From a virus (lineage: Duplodnaviria > Caudoviricetes): DNA of 64,000 bases. Below the pieces are notes generated by a model. It saw only the letters and a program-made list of their open reading frames with translations. It ran no database searches and was not told the origin of the DNA. The position numbers were made by a program, and so were the translations under genes. Of the stretch, positions 9,470 through 18,851 are shown one piece after another. Within the stretch, counting starts at the first letter, position 1; every line of letters begins with the position of its first letter. The stretch lies in the IMG/VR virus record IMGVR_UViG_3300023235_001725; one strand, 5' to 3'.

Positions 9470-9659
9470 GTCTTTTGCTTCAATATTTTTAATAACAGCT
9501 GGGATTTCTTTCTTCTGAACCTGGTTCTATGACTTTAAAATCACTTACTGACTGTAGGTCAACCTTTCCTTTTCTACTCACAAGTTTTTAATTTACTATA
9601 AATAGACTACAAAAGTAACAAAGATTTCATAACTGTTACTTTTGTTTATGAAATCAAAG

Positions 9660-9750
9660 TGGAAGCGGAGGGGCTCGAACCCCCATTGTTTACCCAAAGG
9701 GACTAGATTTACAGTCTAGTGCGACACAACCGATAGTCGACCTCACTTCC
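9660..9750 (-). tRNA. tRNA-Tyr(GTA)
   Basis: Acceptor GGAAGTG/CGCTTCC, anticodon arm CTAGA-CTGTAAA-TCTAG, long variable arm, T-loop TTCGAGC. Confidence 0.9.
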
Positions 9751-9814
9751 ATAATAGTCATTTTTCACAACCCCTATTGAGGTTACTTCCGAAGAAAGTG
9801 GCATGACTGCCATG

Positions 9815-9904
9815 TGAGAGTGGAGGGACTCGAACCCCCAACGTTTACCCAGAGGGACCAGGGTTACAACCTGGCACAACACAACCGATAGTTGCCTCAC
9901 TCCC
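9815..9904 (-). tRNA. tRNA-Tyr(GTA)
   Basis: CCAGG-TTGTAAC-CCTGG anticodon arm, long variable arm, T-loop TTCGAGT. Confidence 0.88.
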
Positions 9905-10008
9905 ATTTAAAAATTGATTCCTCACCAACCAAGGACCAGCATGTCGCGAACAACTGGGCAGAGTAGAGGCCTTCTCTCTGCAACGGATTCGAACCGTTTT
10001 GGAATTTG

Positions 10009-10083
10009 TGGAGATGATGGGACTCGAACCCACATACGACGCTACGTGCAAGGCAGCCGCTCAGCCAATTGAGCTACATCCCC
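10009..10083 (-). tRNA. tRNA-Ala(TGC)
   Basis: GGGGATG acceptor with G3:U70, loop CTTGCAC. Confidence 0.9.
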
Positions 10084-10176
10084 ATTAGCAGGACATGTTC
10101 CCCAACGGCTTAACCTGATGAGGGGAATACCCACCAGACGCTCGTCGCATATCCTGTTTTCTTTAATCTTTTATTG

Positions 10177-10251
10177 TGGAGAAGATGGGAATTGAACCCA
10201 CGGTCTTCTGTCTGCCAGACAGATGCATTAGCCAGCACATGCTTCAACCCC
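10177..10251 (-). tRNA. tRNA-Ala(GGC)
   Basis: G3:U70, TCTGT-CTGGCAG-ACAGA; two acceptor-stem mismatches. Confidence 0.8.
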
Positions 10252-10260
10252 ATAAACAAT

Positions 10261-10372
10261 CAATCTCAGGGCGTCATCCCCAAGCCTTTAATGCGACGCT
10301 CAATGCGCCTACATCTCAGTGAGTCCTTTTTCGCTGACGAAGCGACTCGGCTACCTAAGGCACCTAAGATTG
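10261..10372 (-). ncRNA. Unassigned structured RNA between tRNAs
   Basis: 10-bp closing stem CAATCTTAGG/CCTGAGATTG around a GC-richer interior; no credible ORF. Confidence 0.4.
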
Positions 10373-10375
10373 AAT

Positions 10376-10451
10376 TGGCGGTGTGCATGGGAGTCGAACC
10401 CACAATCTCATCCGTGACAGGGACAAATGTTACCATCAACACCTCCACACC
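10376..10451 (-). tRNA. tRNA-Asp(GTC), CCA encoded
   Basis: GGTGTGG acceptor, G73, loop CTGTCAC. Confidence 0.88.
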
Positions 10452-10498
10452 GTGTCGTTTTTTTGTTTATTAAGGTCATAAGCGTAAATGACCAAGGG

Positions 10499-10572
10499 CG
10501 GTAGCGAAGGAATTCGAATCCTCAATCTCCTCCGTGACAGGGAGGCAACATGCGCCAATATGATGCGCCACC
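10499..10572 (-). tRNA. tRNA-Asp(GTC)
   Basis: GGTGGCG/CGCTACC, CTCC-CTGTCAC-GGAG; near-identical to 10808-10881. Confidence 0.88.
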
Positions 10573-10579
10573 ATTTTTT

Positions 10580-10642
10580 CAGGTAATTCTAAGAAGAGTG
10601 ATTTTATGTTCCTATAACGAAGTAACTCTTCTTTCAACACTG
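10580..10642 (-). ncRNA. Y-RNA-like small RNA
   Basis: CAG-TGTTGA-AAGAAGAGT-TACTTC...ACTCTTCTT-AGAATTAC-CTG; same architecture as 60697-60760 upstream of Ro60; degenerate half copies at 10669-10760. Confidence 0.6.
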
Positions 10643-10807
10643 AAAATTTTTAAATATGGTGGGGAGGGCAGGTCTTAATCTGCAATTATAGTTTATGATA
10701 CTAATTTTCGAAGTAACTCTTTCTATCAACACTGTTGCCAGGTAAAAAGCGAAAAAGTATTAATTATTCCTCCCCATAATAAATTGTGGTACTTTAATGC
10801 ACCAAAG

Positions 10808-10881
10808 CGGTGACGAAGGAATTCGAATCCTCAATCTCCTCCGTGACAGGGAGGCAACATGCGCCAATATGATGCGCCACC
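10808..10881 (-). tRNA. tRNA-Asp(GTC)
   Basis: GGTGGCG/CGTCACC, G73, loop CTGTCAC. Confidence 0.88.
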
Positions 10882-11034
10882 ATTTTCCCAAGATATTATG
10901 ACGATTACATCGGTGTAATATCTTGGGTTTTTTAATTAACTTTATTATCAATATGTCAAAGAACTCTTATTGTTTTCAAAAACTCCTACTCGTGTGGACA
11001 TTTACTAGAAACTCTTGTAAACTAACACTTTGTG

Positions 11035-11108
11035 TCGGGAGAGAGGGATTTGAACCCTCGACCTGAGCATCCCAAATGCCCCGTGCTACCTGACTGCACT
11101 TCCTCCCG
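11035..11108 (-). tRNA. tRNA-Pro(TGG)
   Basis: CGGGAGG acceptor, GGGCA-TTTGGGA-TGCTC, T-loop TTCAAAT. Confidence 0.9.
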
Positions 11109-11150
11109 ATATTAATATTTCAATTAATCTTCTGGCTCCGTTGAGTCCAG

Positions 11151-11200
11151 AAACAAAAAAAACCCCCAGGTCATTCGTTTGATTGAATGACCTGGGGGTT
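11151..11200 (-). terminator. Attenuator terminator upstream of Pro/Asp/Ala/Tyr tRNA cluster
   Basis: 16-bp perfect stem AACCCCCAGGTCATTC/GAATGACCTGGGGGTT plus U-tract; competing copy GAATGACCTGG at 11252-11262. Confidence 0.85.
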
Positions 11201-11225
11201 TTCCCTAATGGTTTATGTCTCTACA

Positions 11226-11351
11226 TCAACTGTTGTTCAGTTTAGACATAACCAGGTCATTCTGCTTGCTCCCGCTATAATCGGGCGCACAGCCAGTCGC
11301 TGCCATCGGCATCGGTTGGTTTGAAATCGCTATGTCTGTAAAGTTGAACAT
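11226..11351 (-). promoter_or_regulatory. Leader peptide (41 aa) of tRNA-cluster attenuator 1
   Basis: MFNFTDIAISNQPMPMAATGCAPDYSGSKQNDLVMSKLNNS*; GCG CCC GAT TAT (A-P-D-Y) about 13 nt before the antiterminator. Confidence 0.75.
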
Positions 11352-11573
11352 TGAATGTGTTTTGTTTTTTAAAAGTGCTTCTCAAAAGAGTTGCTCTTGG
11401 TAATAAATACGAGGCAAAAATAGAAAGGTTACTTAGAACTCACAAGTTTTTTCTCGTTTATTTTCAATTTATTATGTAATTCAATGATAGTTAGCATTTT
11501 AAAAGTAAAAGTTTTTTTCAAAAAAATATGTCTTTGGTAAAAAGTGCTTCATTTTAGGGGTAAAGTAAACTGT

Positions 11574-11987
11574 TTATTCGGAGATTTTCCTAAGCTGTCT
11601 CTTGAACCACGAGCGCTTTTTGTCTGGTATTGTCTCTGGATATGCAAGTTCTTCTAGTGATTTGTGTGGATTAAATAAGCGAACTCCTTTATATAAAAAG
11701 GACTCCATCATCTCATGCTTAACGATTTGCTCGAAAGCAAGCCACGCTGTCATCACTAAGCCTTTTTCGCTAGTATCTAGTGGAGCTGTGTAGTCTCGGC
11801 CAAAGCCAGTGCCCATTTCCCCAGTTAAAGTGTCTGGTCTCCAGAATCTACATCTCAGCAAGAATATGTCGTCTGTCTTCTGTATCTCGAACTGAGGTTT
11901 TCCTGTTTCGTGCATTTGGATTCCAGATGGTGCGAAACTAATCTGGTTCAGGATGTTTTGAGCTTCTTCTTGAGTGTAGTTTTCCAT
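11574..11987 (-). CDS. Hypothetical phage protein
   Basis: 137-aa ORF, CGTATAT motif upstream. Confidence 0.75.
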   Translation of the reverse strand: MENYTQEEAQNILNQISFAPSGIQMHETGKPQFEIQKTDDIFLLRCRFWRPDTLTGEMGTGFGRDYTAPLDTSEKGLVMTAWLAFEQIVKHEMMESFLYKGVRLFNPHKSLEELAYPETIPDKKRSWFKRQLRKISE

Positions 11988-12019
11988 GCTTAAATATACG
12001 TAGGATTATAAATAAGGTT

Positions 12020-12307
12020 TCATTCACCTTTAGGGGTGTGCTGCTCATCTTTGAACTCCCAGTAGTACACTGTTTCTCGCTTCCCGTCTAGATACTCCTG
12101 AAGATGCATCATTGCTATCTTCATTCTCTCAATAGTTTCTTCGACTTGAGGTTTTAATTCCTCTTTCGTCATCTCGCCAGTCCAGACCTTATTCTTTCGA
12201 GGTTGATATTGGTCAACAATTACTTGCTCTGAATCCTTCTCAGAGAAAATTTGAAGTATGTAGTTCATGCTGCCCGTGAAGGTAAGCTTGCTTTTATCGA
12301 TATCCAT
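12020..12307 (-). CDS. Hypothetical protein
   Basis: 95-aa ORF in operon order. Confidence 0.7.
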   Translation of the reverse strand: MDIDKSKLTFTGSMNYILQIFSEKDSEQVIVDQYQPRKNKVWTGEMTKEELKPQVEETIERMKIAMMHLQEYLDGKRETVYYWEFKDEQHTPKGE

Positions 12308-12319
12308 TGTTACAGTATA

Positions 12320-13171
12320 TTACTTTTGGTTCATGTGTGGCTCACTAATCAACCATGCCGAATCGCTCTGAAACTTTGCGTTATTTATGTCGTCACCCAT
12401 TCTGGAAAGAAACTCCGACAGCAGTTTCTTTCCTGCTTTGGCATCTGCTTTAGCATCCGTCTTGAGCTTTGTGCTAAGCTTGCCTAGGAACTCCGATAAG
12501 GCATCATACCTTAAATTTCCAATGTCCTCTGCTAATTGTTCAGCAGAACCTTGAAATCTATCGATGTACTCTGGGTGTTGCTTTTGAAGCATTGCAGATG
12601 CGTGAGTGGCCCAGAACTTTTCTGACTCCAAAATGTACTCCTGCACGATGTCTTCTCCATTGCCTCCGAGCTCTTTGCCCATTGCGTTTCGAATCATTGT
12701 GGCTGGAGTCATTAGCTCTACGTCTGGATACATGTTTGCCTGGATGGCAACCACTCCAAAGTCAGATGCGACAGTTTCTCCAGTCTCAAAATCAGACTCT
12801 TCTTTCTCTAATTGCTCACGACTGTAAACGATAACAACCAAATGAGTGGCTGTGGGCAGTTTGTAGTTGTGTGGCAACAAAAGATTTTTAGACAGGAACG
12901 GAAGCTCTCCTTCTCGTCTAGCCTTCCAGGCGCAACGGAGATACTTCTGATTGTCTTGAGTTATTTCAACCGTGCCAGGCTTCGCAGTTGTGAAATTAGG
13001 AACGATGATGTACTTGCAAAAAGGATACAGAGAAGGTTTTACTGTGGCCTTACCTGAATCCAAAAGAGAGTTCACCTGTGTGGCGAACTCTTCTTTTGAT
13101 GTATCTATCTGCGTTCCACCGCCACCTTTAAAGTGGGCGTTCCCTGCAAAGTCTGTTACGTAGATTCTCAT
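12320..13171 (-). CDS. DUF3228-like protein
   Basis: PFCKYIIVPNFT, ARREGELPFL and VIVYSREQLEKE motifs; start overlaps clpB stop. Confidence 0.65.
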   Translation of the reverse strand: MRIYVTDFAGNAHFKGGGGTQIDTSKEEFATQVNSLLDSGKATVKPSLYPFCKYIIVPNFTTAKPGTVEITQDNQKYLRCAWKARREGELPFLSKNLLLPHNYKLPTATHLVVIVYSREQLEKEESDFETGETVASDFGVVAIQANMYPDVELMTPATMIRNAMGKELGGNGEDIVQEYILESEKFWATHASAMLQKQHPEYIDRFQGSAEQLAEDIGNLRYDALSEFLGKLSTKLKTDAKADAKAGKKLLSEFLSRMGDDINNAKFQSDSAWLISEPHMNQK

Positions 13172-15849
13172 GCTTCTACTTCTGTTTTTATTTCTTTCAC
13201 CTCTTTCTTAGGCTTCAAAGTCTTCTCGTTTTTGAAAGACAACTCTTCTCCTTTTCTTCCGATAAGGATTGGTGTTTTCTTCCCAACGTTACCGCCTAGA
13301 ATCTCAAAACTCAATGGCTCACGGACAAGTTCCGTAATCGCTCTTTTAACTGGTCTCGCTCCAAACTGTGGGTCGTAGCCTTTTATTCCAAGCAACTCCA
13401 CTGCCTCTGCGGTCCAGTTCAACTCGTACTCTTCCTCTTCCATGTTCTTTCTGAAAGATTTGAGTTGCAATTCAACAATCTGGTTAATTGCGGTTTGGTC
13501 GAGCGGGTTGAAAATAACAACCTCGTCAAGTCGGTTAAGAAGCTCAGGGCGCATTGTTTGCTTGAGTTCTTCCATAACGTCCTCGTTGATTGCTTTGACA
13601 AGCTCTGGCGTTATTACGTTTCCTGAATCCTCGAATTCATCTTGGATAACTCTGGACCCAATGTTTGAAGTCATGATGATGATGGTGTTCTTAAAGTTCA
13701 CCAATCGTCCTTTGTTGTCTGTTAGACGTCCATCGTCTAGAACCTGCAGAAGCACGTTCAACACATCTGGGTGAGCCTTCTCAATCTCGTCCAACAACAC
13801 AACATTGTATGGGCGCTTTCGGACTGGCTCCGTCAATTGACCTCCTTCGTCATATCCAATATACCCTGGAGGCGAACCTACAAGTCGAGAAACAGTGTGC
13901 TTCTCTTGGTACTCAGACATGTCAATTCGAATCATGTGAGTTTCGTCATCAAATAGGTACTCAGCAAGCGCTTTTGCCAACTCTGTTTTTCCAACTCCCG
14001 TTGTTCCCAAGAATAGAAATGAACCAATAGGCTTCTTTGGGTCACCAATACCTGGGACACGATTCACTCGGATTGACTTCGCAACTTCTGATACAGCCTC
14101 TATTTGTCCGATAACTCGCTTTTGCAATTCATCTTCAATGTAAAGAAGTTTCTCATTATCACTCTTTGTCATTTTCGAGACTGGAATTCCAGTCCAAGCC
14201 GAAACAACTTCTGCAATCTCTAACTCAGTCACAACTTCTTTTAGAAGCTTGTGGTGAGATTGAATCTCAATCAGTTTCTCTCTAGCTACTGCTTGTTGCT
14301 TTTCGTTCTCTGGCAACTCACCGTGAAGGAGCTTTGCAGCTCCTTCAAGGTCTGAGTTCTTTGTGAACTGCTCCGCCTGGAAAGACAATTCTTCTTGGGC
14401 TCGCTTGAGTTCTTGAATCTCGTCAATGTACTTCTTTTCACGAAGCCACTTCGCATTCAAATCTTCTTGCGTCTCAATTAGCTCAGACAATTTGTCGAGC
14501 ATCTCTCGCTTGCGCTTCTCAGATGCATTTGAATCTGAGCCCATTGCTGCGAGCTCAATTCGAATTTGTGTGATTTCTCTGTCAACTTCATCCAGCACTT
14601 CTGGCTTGGAGTTAATCTCCAAACGAATTTTAGATGCAGCTTCATCAATCAGGTCGATTGCTTTGTCTGGAAGGTTTCTATCGGTAATGTATCTGTCCGA
14701 CATCTTCACTGCCGCAATCAAGGCATCATCTGAAAACTGAACCTTGTGAAAGTTTTCATACCTACTTTGAAGACCGCGTAATATTGCAACTGTTGTTCCA
14801 GGAGTTGGTTCTTCGACCATTACTTTTTGAAATCTACGCTCCAAAGCTGAATCTTTCTCGATGTGTTTCTGGTACTCGTTCAGAGTTGTTGCTCCAACCG
14901 TTGCCATTTCTCCACGAGCCAAAGCGGGCTTCAAAAGCTCTCCTGCACTCAAAGCTCCACCACCTGAACCTGCGTCCAAGATTGTGTGAATCTCGTCAAT
15001 GAACAAAATGAACTCTTTGTTAGAGTCCTCAACTTCTTTGATAACACCTTTAAGACGTTGTTCAAATTCTCCTTTAAATGAAGCCCCTGCAATTAGAGAA
15101 GCCATGTCAAGAGAGAACAAAGTGCACCCTTTCATATTGACTGGGACATCTCCGCTAAATATTCTTTGTGCCAATCCTTCAACAATAGCTGTTTTACCAA
15201 CTCCTGCCTCTCCAATCAAAATTGGATTGTTCTTGGTGCGTTTTGAAAGGATGTGAAGGGCACGACGCATTTCCGTGTCTCGCCCAATAACTGGGTCAAG
15301 CTTGTTTTGCTCCGCACGTTCGTTTAAGTTGACGGCGTATGCATCCAAGTTGGGAGTTTTGCTTTCTCCTCCTTCTGCGATGAATTCATTCTCACCTTGA
15401 ATATCTTCAAGCGCTGAATCGAGGTGCTTCTCTTCGATATCCATCGAGATAAGTACATTTGTGGCAGTGGAGTTCACACGGAAAAATGCTCGAAGCAAGT
15501 GTTTTGGTTGGCAGAGTTGTTCTCCACCTTGTTCGTTTTCTCCAAACCCAATTGCTATTACCAGAAGTTGATTCATCACCTCAGACATCTCTGGACGACC
15601 TTCGTACTGAACAACTTTGGTGTTCTCTAAGAAAGTCTTTGACAACGTGTTCATCTCTTCGATGGTATATGTCTTACCGCTGTCTTCGTTTACTTTATCT
15701 AGGATAATTGCAACCAAATTATCTTGTTCAACCAGTATAGCACGTAAAACGTGTATTGGCTCAACTTGTTTGTGAGAGAATGACATTGCTTGACGCTGTG
15801 CTCTTGCAAGCGTATCATGTGCCCCTGGGGAAAATTGTTCGTTATTCAA
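13168..15849 (-). CDS. clpB: Chaperone ClpB
   Basis: 893 aa; Clp-[16 protein letters not shown], coiled-coil middle domain, [19 protein letters not shown]. Confidence 0.96.
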   Translation of the reverse strand: MNNEQFSPGAHDTLARAQRQAMSFSHKQVEPIHVLRAILVEQDNLVAIILDKVNEDSGKTYTIEEMNTLSKTFLENTKVVQYEGRPEMSEVMNQLLVIAIGFGENEQGGEQLCQPKHLLRAFFRVNSTATNVLISMDIEEKHLDSALEDIQGENEFIAEGGESKTPNLDAYAVNLNERAEQNKLDPVIGRDTEMRRALHILSKRTKNNPILIGEAGVGKTAIVEGLAQRIFSGDVPVNMKGCTLFSLDMASLIAGASFKGEFEQRLKGVIKEVEDSNKEFILFIDEIHTILDAGSGGGALSAGELLKPALARGEMATVGATTLNEYQKHIEKDSALERRFQKVMVEEPTPGTTVAILRGLQSRYENFHKVQFSDDALIAAVKMSDRYITDRNLPDKAIDLIDEAASKIRLEINSKPEVLDEVDREITQIRIELAAMGSDSNASEKRKREMLDKLSELIETQEDLNAKWLREKKYIDEIQELKRAQEELSFQAEQFTKNSDLEGAAKLLHGELPENEKQQAVAREKLIEIQSHHKLLKEVVTELEIAEVVSAWTGIPVSKMTKSDNEKLLYIEDELQKRVIGQIEAVSEVAKSIRVNRVPGIGDPKKPIGSFLFLGTTGVGKTELAKALAEYLFDDETHMIRIDMSEYQEKHTVSRLVGSPPGYIGYDEGGQLTEPVRKRPYNVVLLDEIEKAHPDVLNVLLQVLDDGRLTDNKGRLVNFKNTIIIMTSNIGSRVIQDEFEDSGNVITPELVKAINEDVMEELKQTMRPELLNRLDEVVIFNPLDQTAINQIVELQLKSFRKNMEEEEYELNWTAEAVELLGIKGYDPQFGARPVKRAITELVREPLSFEILGGNVGKKTPILIGRKGEELSFKNEKTLKPKKEVKEIKTEVEA

Positions 15850-15922
15850 GATTCTTTTGTTTTTAGGTTCTGCGTTTCTGAATGTTTTCTTTTAATATAC
15901 GAGCACTTTGTCAAAAGGTTAC

Positions 15923-15958
15923 AAAAAAAAAGGCAACTTTGAGGAAAGTTGCCTTTTT
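15923..15958. terminator. Bidirectional intrinsic terminator
   Basis: AAGGCAACTTT-GAGG-AAAGTTGCCTT flanked by A- and T-runs. Confidence 0.8.
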
Positions 15959-15971
15959 GTATTGAGCTGTT

Positions 15972-17399
15972 TTAGAAGCTTTCCTGCTTTCTTAACGGGT
16001 CAAAATCAAAGGATTGTTTTTCTTGTTCCTTTTTGTATTTTGGATGGAAAACTGGTTTCCCAGAACTTGACTTACCTAATCCTTCTTCCTCTGCTAGCTC
16101 ATAGACATTCTTAAGGTCTTCTGAGAGCTTTTCTTTTACCTCGCTTATAATTTTTACAGTGATTTTCTCAATTTGATTAGACACTGCGTAAGCTATTGTG
16201 GCTTCTGATAGTTGCTTAATCTCTGCGCCTGTCATTCCTTCACCTTTGTTGTGAACAACTGGTAGAAGCTCTTCTCGAAGGGTGTCTTTTTCTTTTTTAG
16301 ACATCTCTTTGAAAAAGATGATGTCTTCAAAGTATATGTCAGCACACAGCAATGCGTCCATTCCTTTTAAAGCTCCAAAGTGAATTATTTTATCCACTCT
16401 TCCTGGGCGCTTTAGAATTCTAGGCTCAATTCGGTCTGGGTGATTAGTTGTCATTACAATGTATGCTCCACTTTTGTTGATTGGCTGGTCTATTCCATCT
16501 AAGAAATTTAAGATAGAAGATGTAGCATCTCTTAAAGTTGATTCTGCGTCTTCCAAGATGACAAATGTTGACATTTTATACTTTGCGCATCTGTCTAAAT
16601 GATACGCAACTGCTGATAAGTCTGTGGAGAAAACAACACATTTTTCTTTACTTAGACTTGTGGCTAAGCGCATAGAAATGGACGACTTTCCTGTTCCAGG
16701 AGGCCCGACAAGCATTACTTTTCTGGTCCCTGGCTGATTGAACTTCGTAAACATGGTTACGTTGCTGTAAAAGAATTCCATGTCATCTTTTAAAATTGAG
16801 GTCGATGGGTGGACAACTGGTGTCTCTTTTAACTCCTTAACTCTTTCATATTCAAGCTCCCCTCCAGCTCCACCTCGAATACGGAAGACTCCTTTCTTAG
16901 GCCTGGTGATTCTCTTATTCTCCTCAGAGAGGATTTCGAAAAAGTTCAACCAAGTCTCTTTTGTGGCTACATAAACACCTTCTAAGCATTTAGTTTTTCC
17001 TTCTCCAATCATCCATTTTGAAAAACACATAAAGCTTCCGTCAGAAAAATCAACTCTATACGCACCCATTCTATCTCCTAAATAAAGCTCCTTCTGCTTT
17101 AGTTTTCGCCCGCCTTGGTCATGGTCTTTTGTGGCTAGAGAAAAACAGTAGTCCGTAATTGAACTCTGCTCAATCGGCGTGATGTTTGTTATTTTAAACT
17201 TATTGCCTCTTGTTTTTTCTGTTCTTTTTTTGAGTTCTATAAACATATTTAGCTCATATTCATTGGTTAGTGTCACCAATAAATCCTCTTCTCTAAACTC
17301 TGTATTAGTCTTAGTTGCGTGAGACGTAAAGTATTCCAAAGTTGCATCTCTTAACTCATCAGCTCTAGAGGCTGGTGGAGTTTGTTTTTTTTCGTCCAT
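15972..17399 (-). CDS. AAA+ ATPase
   Basis: Walker A GPPGTGKS, Walker B VILEDAE, LNFLDG, TTNHPDRIEPRILKRPGRVD. Confidence 0.9.
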   Translation of the reverse strand: MDEKKQTPPASRADELRDATLEYFTSHATKTNTEFREEDLLVTLTNEYELNMFIELKKRTEKTRGNKFKITNITPIEQSSITDYCFSLATKDHDQGGRKLKQKELYLGDRMGAYRVDFSDGSFMCFSKWMIGEGKTKCLEGVYVATKETWLNFFEILSEENKRITRPKKGVFRIRGGAGGELEYERVKELKETPVVHPSTSILKDDMEFFYSNVTMFTKFNQPGTRKVMLVGPPGTGKSSISMRLATSLSKEKCVVFSTDLSAVAYHLDRCAKYKMSTFVILEDAESTLRDATSSILNFLDGIDQPINKSGAYIVMTTNHPDRIEPRILKRPGRVDKIIHFGALKGMDALLCADIYFEDIIFFKEMSKKEKDTLREELLPVVHNKGEGMTGAEIKQLSEATIAYAVSNQIEKITVKIISEVKEKLSEDLKNVYELAEEEGLGKSSSGKPVFHPKYKKEQEKQSFDFDPLRKQESF

Positions 17400-17445
17400 T
17401 TTTTACTGTGTTGTGTTATGCTTTTGTTTGCCCTAAATTCCACCA

Positions 17446-18036
17446 TTAGAATCCATATTTTCCGCCACGTCCAATGAAAGATAATTTCCACCCCTCTTTA
17501 AAGGATTGCAGTTTGTGTAAAAACGCAAAATCTACTTCTAGTGGTACTGATTTATCTCTGGTCACTACATCTTCTACTCCGCTAGAGCTGATATAGCACT
17601 TTAATCCTTTGCTTATGTTTTCTCTAGCAATTAAACCTTGAGGAGTATCTAAAAGATGGATTCGTCCAACAACCCTCCTTCCCTCAGCGTCATACATCAT
17701 GTCCATAATTTGGAAAGCGATATCGTCTTCATTAAGTTCTTCTTCCTCCCAGTCTTGAGCAAGCTTTATTTCGAAGTCATTGACATTCAAAAGCTCTTGA
17801 GCGCTTATTTCGTCTTCCTTGTCTGCAATCATGCTTTTTTCCAAGACACCAAAAGCAAGGCCTCGGTCTATCATTGTTCTCTTGTATTCAAAAACAGTTT
17901 GCTTGACGCTGTTTTCGTCAAGTTTGGCGTCTTTATGTTCGCCAGTTAACTGGTCAATAACCACAAGTGTACCGTCAAGGATAAAGTTATCCTGGTCTAA
18001 CACTGTTAAATTGTTTGATGGTCTATGTTTACTCAT
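17446..18036 (-). CDS. T4 gp21-like prohead protease paralogue (degenerate)
   Basis: VVGRIHLLDTPQGLIA...KGLKCYISSSG resembles the gp21 GKAKILDTP.G...LGVSSRG segment; GELDHP His motif not seen. Confidence 0.55.
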   Translation of the reverse strand: MSKHRPSNNLTVLDQDNFILDGTLVVIDQLTGEHKDAKLDENSVKQTVFEYKRTMIDRGLAFGVLEKSMIADKEDEISAQELLNVNDFEIKLAQDWEEEELNEDDIAFQIMDMMYDAEGRRVVGRIHLLDTPQGLIARENISKGLKCYISSSGVEDVVTRDKSVPLEVDFAFLHKLQSFKEGWKLSFIGRGGKYGF

Positions 18037-18695
18037 TGTTTTATAGCTCGTTCTGAGACTGCTTCAAAATATCTTCTAACTTGTTTCTCACTCTCTGATG
18101 AGAATATCATTTCACATTCTTTTTCACACTGCTCGTAAATCCATCCTGCATCATCAGGAATCATTGTATAATCGTATTCGCCTTCTCCTTTAGGTTTTCT
18201 GTAAACATTATAAGATGGTTTCCAGATGCCTACTTCACGAAGAAAGTCAGAAAATTTACTCTTGGTCTCATTAGAGTATTTATATCTTTCTTGACCCTCT
18301 TCCAAAGAGACTTTTATGCTTCCTGATTTTGTTCTTCTTGTTGCTGCTTTCCAATCACAAAGCATTTCACACCAATCAAGTATTGACATTGTCATTATTC
18401 CTTTAGCGTAGTGCTGTGGATGATGAGAATTGTTCTTGTAATGATGTTCAAGAGCTGGTTGAATTGACTCTAAGTTCTTTTTATAATCTTCTGTGCCATA
18501 CTTGAGTTTCTTTAAAGAGCTCGCTTTAGCAAAGTAAGGTGCCTCGTGTTTTGAGTATTTAGAAAAATCATGTCTCCATGCTCTTTTCATTAGAGCCCGA
18601 CAAACCTTCCACATGTACCTGGCTACCCAAAGCTTATGAAGAGTCAACTTCCAGTTTTCTTTAATTATTGAGCCTAAACTTGCTTTTTCTCTCAT
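18033..18695 (-). CDS. DUF5662-like HD-fold phage protein
   Basis: RHDFSKYS, HHYKNNSHHPQHY, EMLCDWKAA. Confidence 0.75.
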   Translation of the reverse strand: MREKASLGSIIKENWKLTLHKLWVARYMWKVCRALMKRAWRHDFSKYSKHEAPYFAKASSLKKLKYGTEDYKKNLESIQPALEHHYKNNSHHPQHYAKGIMTMSILDWCEMLCDWKAATRRTKSGSIKVSLEEGQERYKYSNETKSKFSDFLREVGIWKPSYNVYRKPKGEGEYDYTMIPDDAGWIYEQCEKECEMIFSSESEKQVRRYFEAVSERAIKQ

Positions 18696-18734
18696 TTCTA
18701 TAACAAAACTAAGGATTATAATGATAAAAACAAC

Positions 18735-18765
18735 AAAAGCCTCGTAATTAATTACGAGGCTTTTT
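18735..18765. terminator. Intrinsic terminator
   Basis: AAAAGCCTCGTAAT-TA-ATTACGAGGCTTTT. Confidence 0.75.
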
Positions 18766-18851
18766 GGCTTGTGTTTTTTCAGTAGAAAATCATGGTCTTG
18801 TTTTTTTACTTTAAAAACACGAGCCTAAATCTTACAAGCTTTAAGGGTGGC

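Noticed and set aside
10114-10135. Hammerhead ribozyme (CTGATGA on plus strand)
   Set aside because: No GAAA after stem II, and opposite to the cluster's transcription
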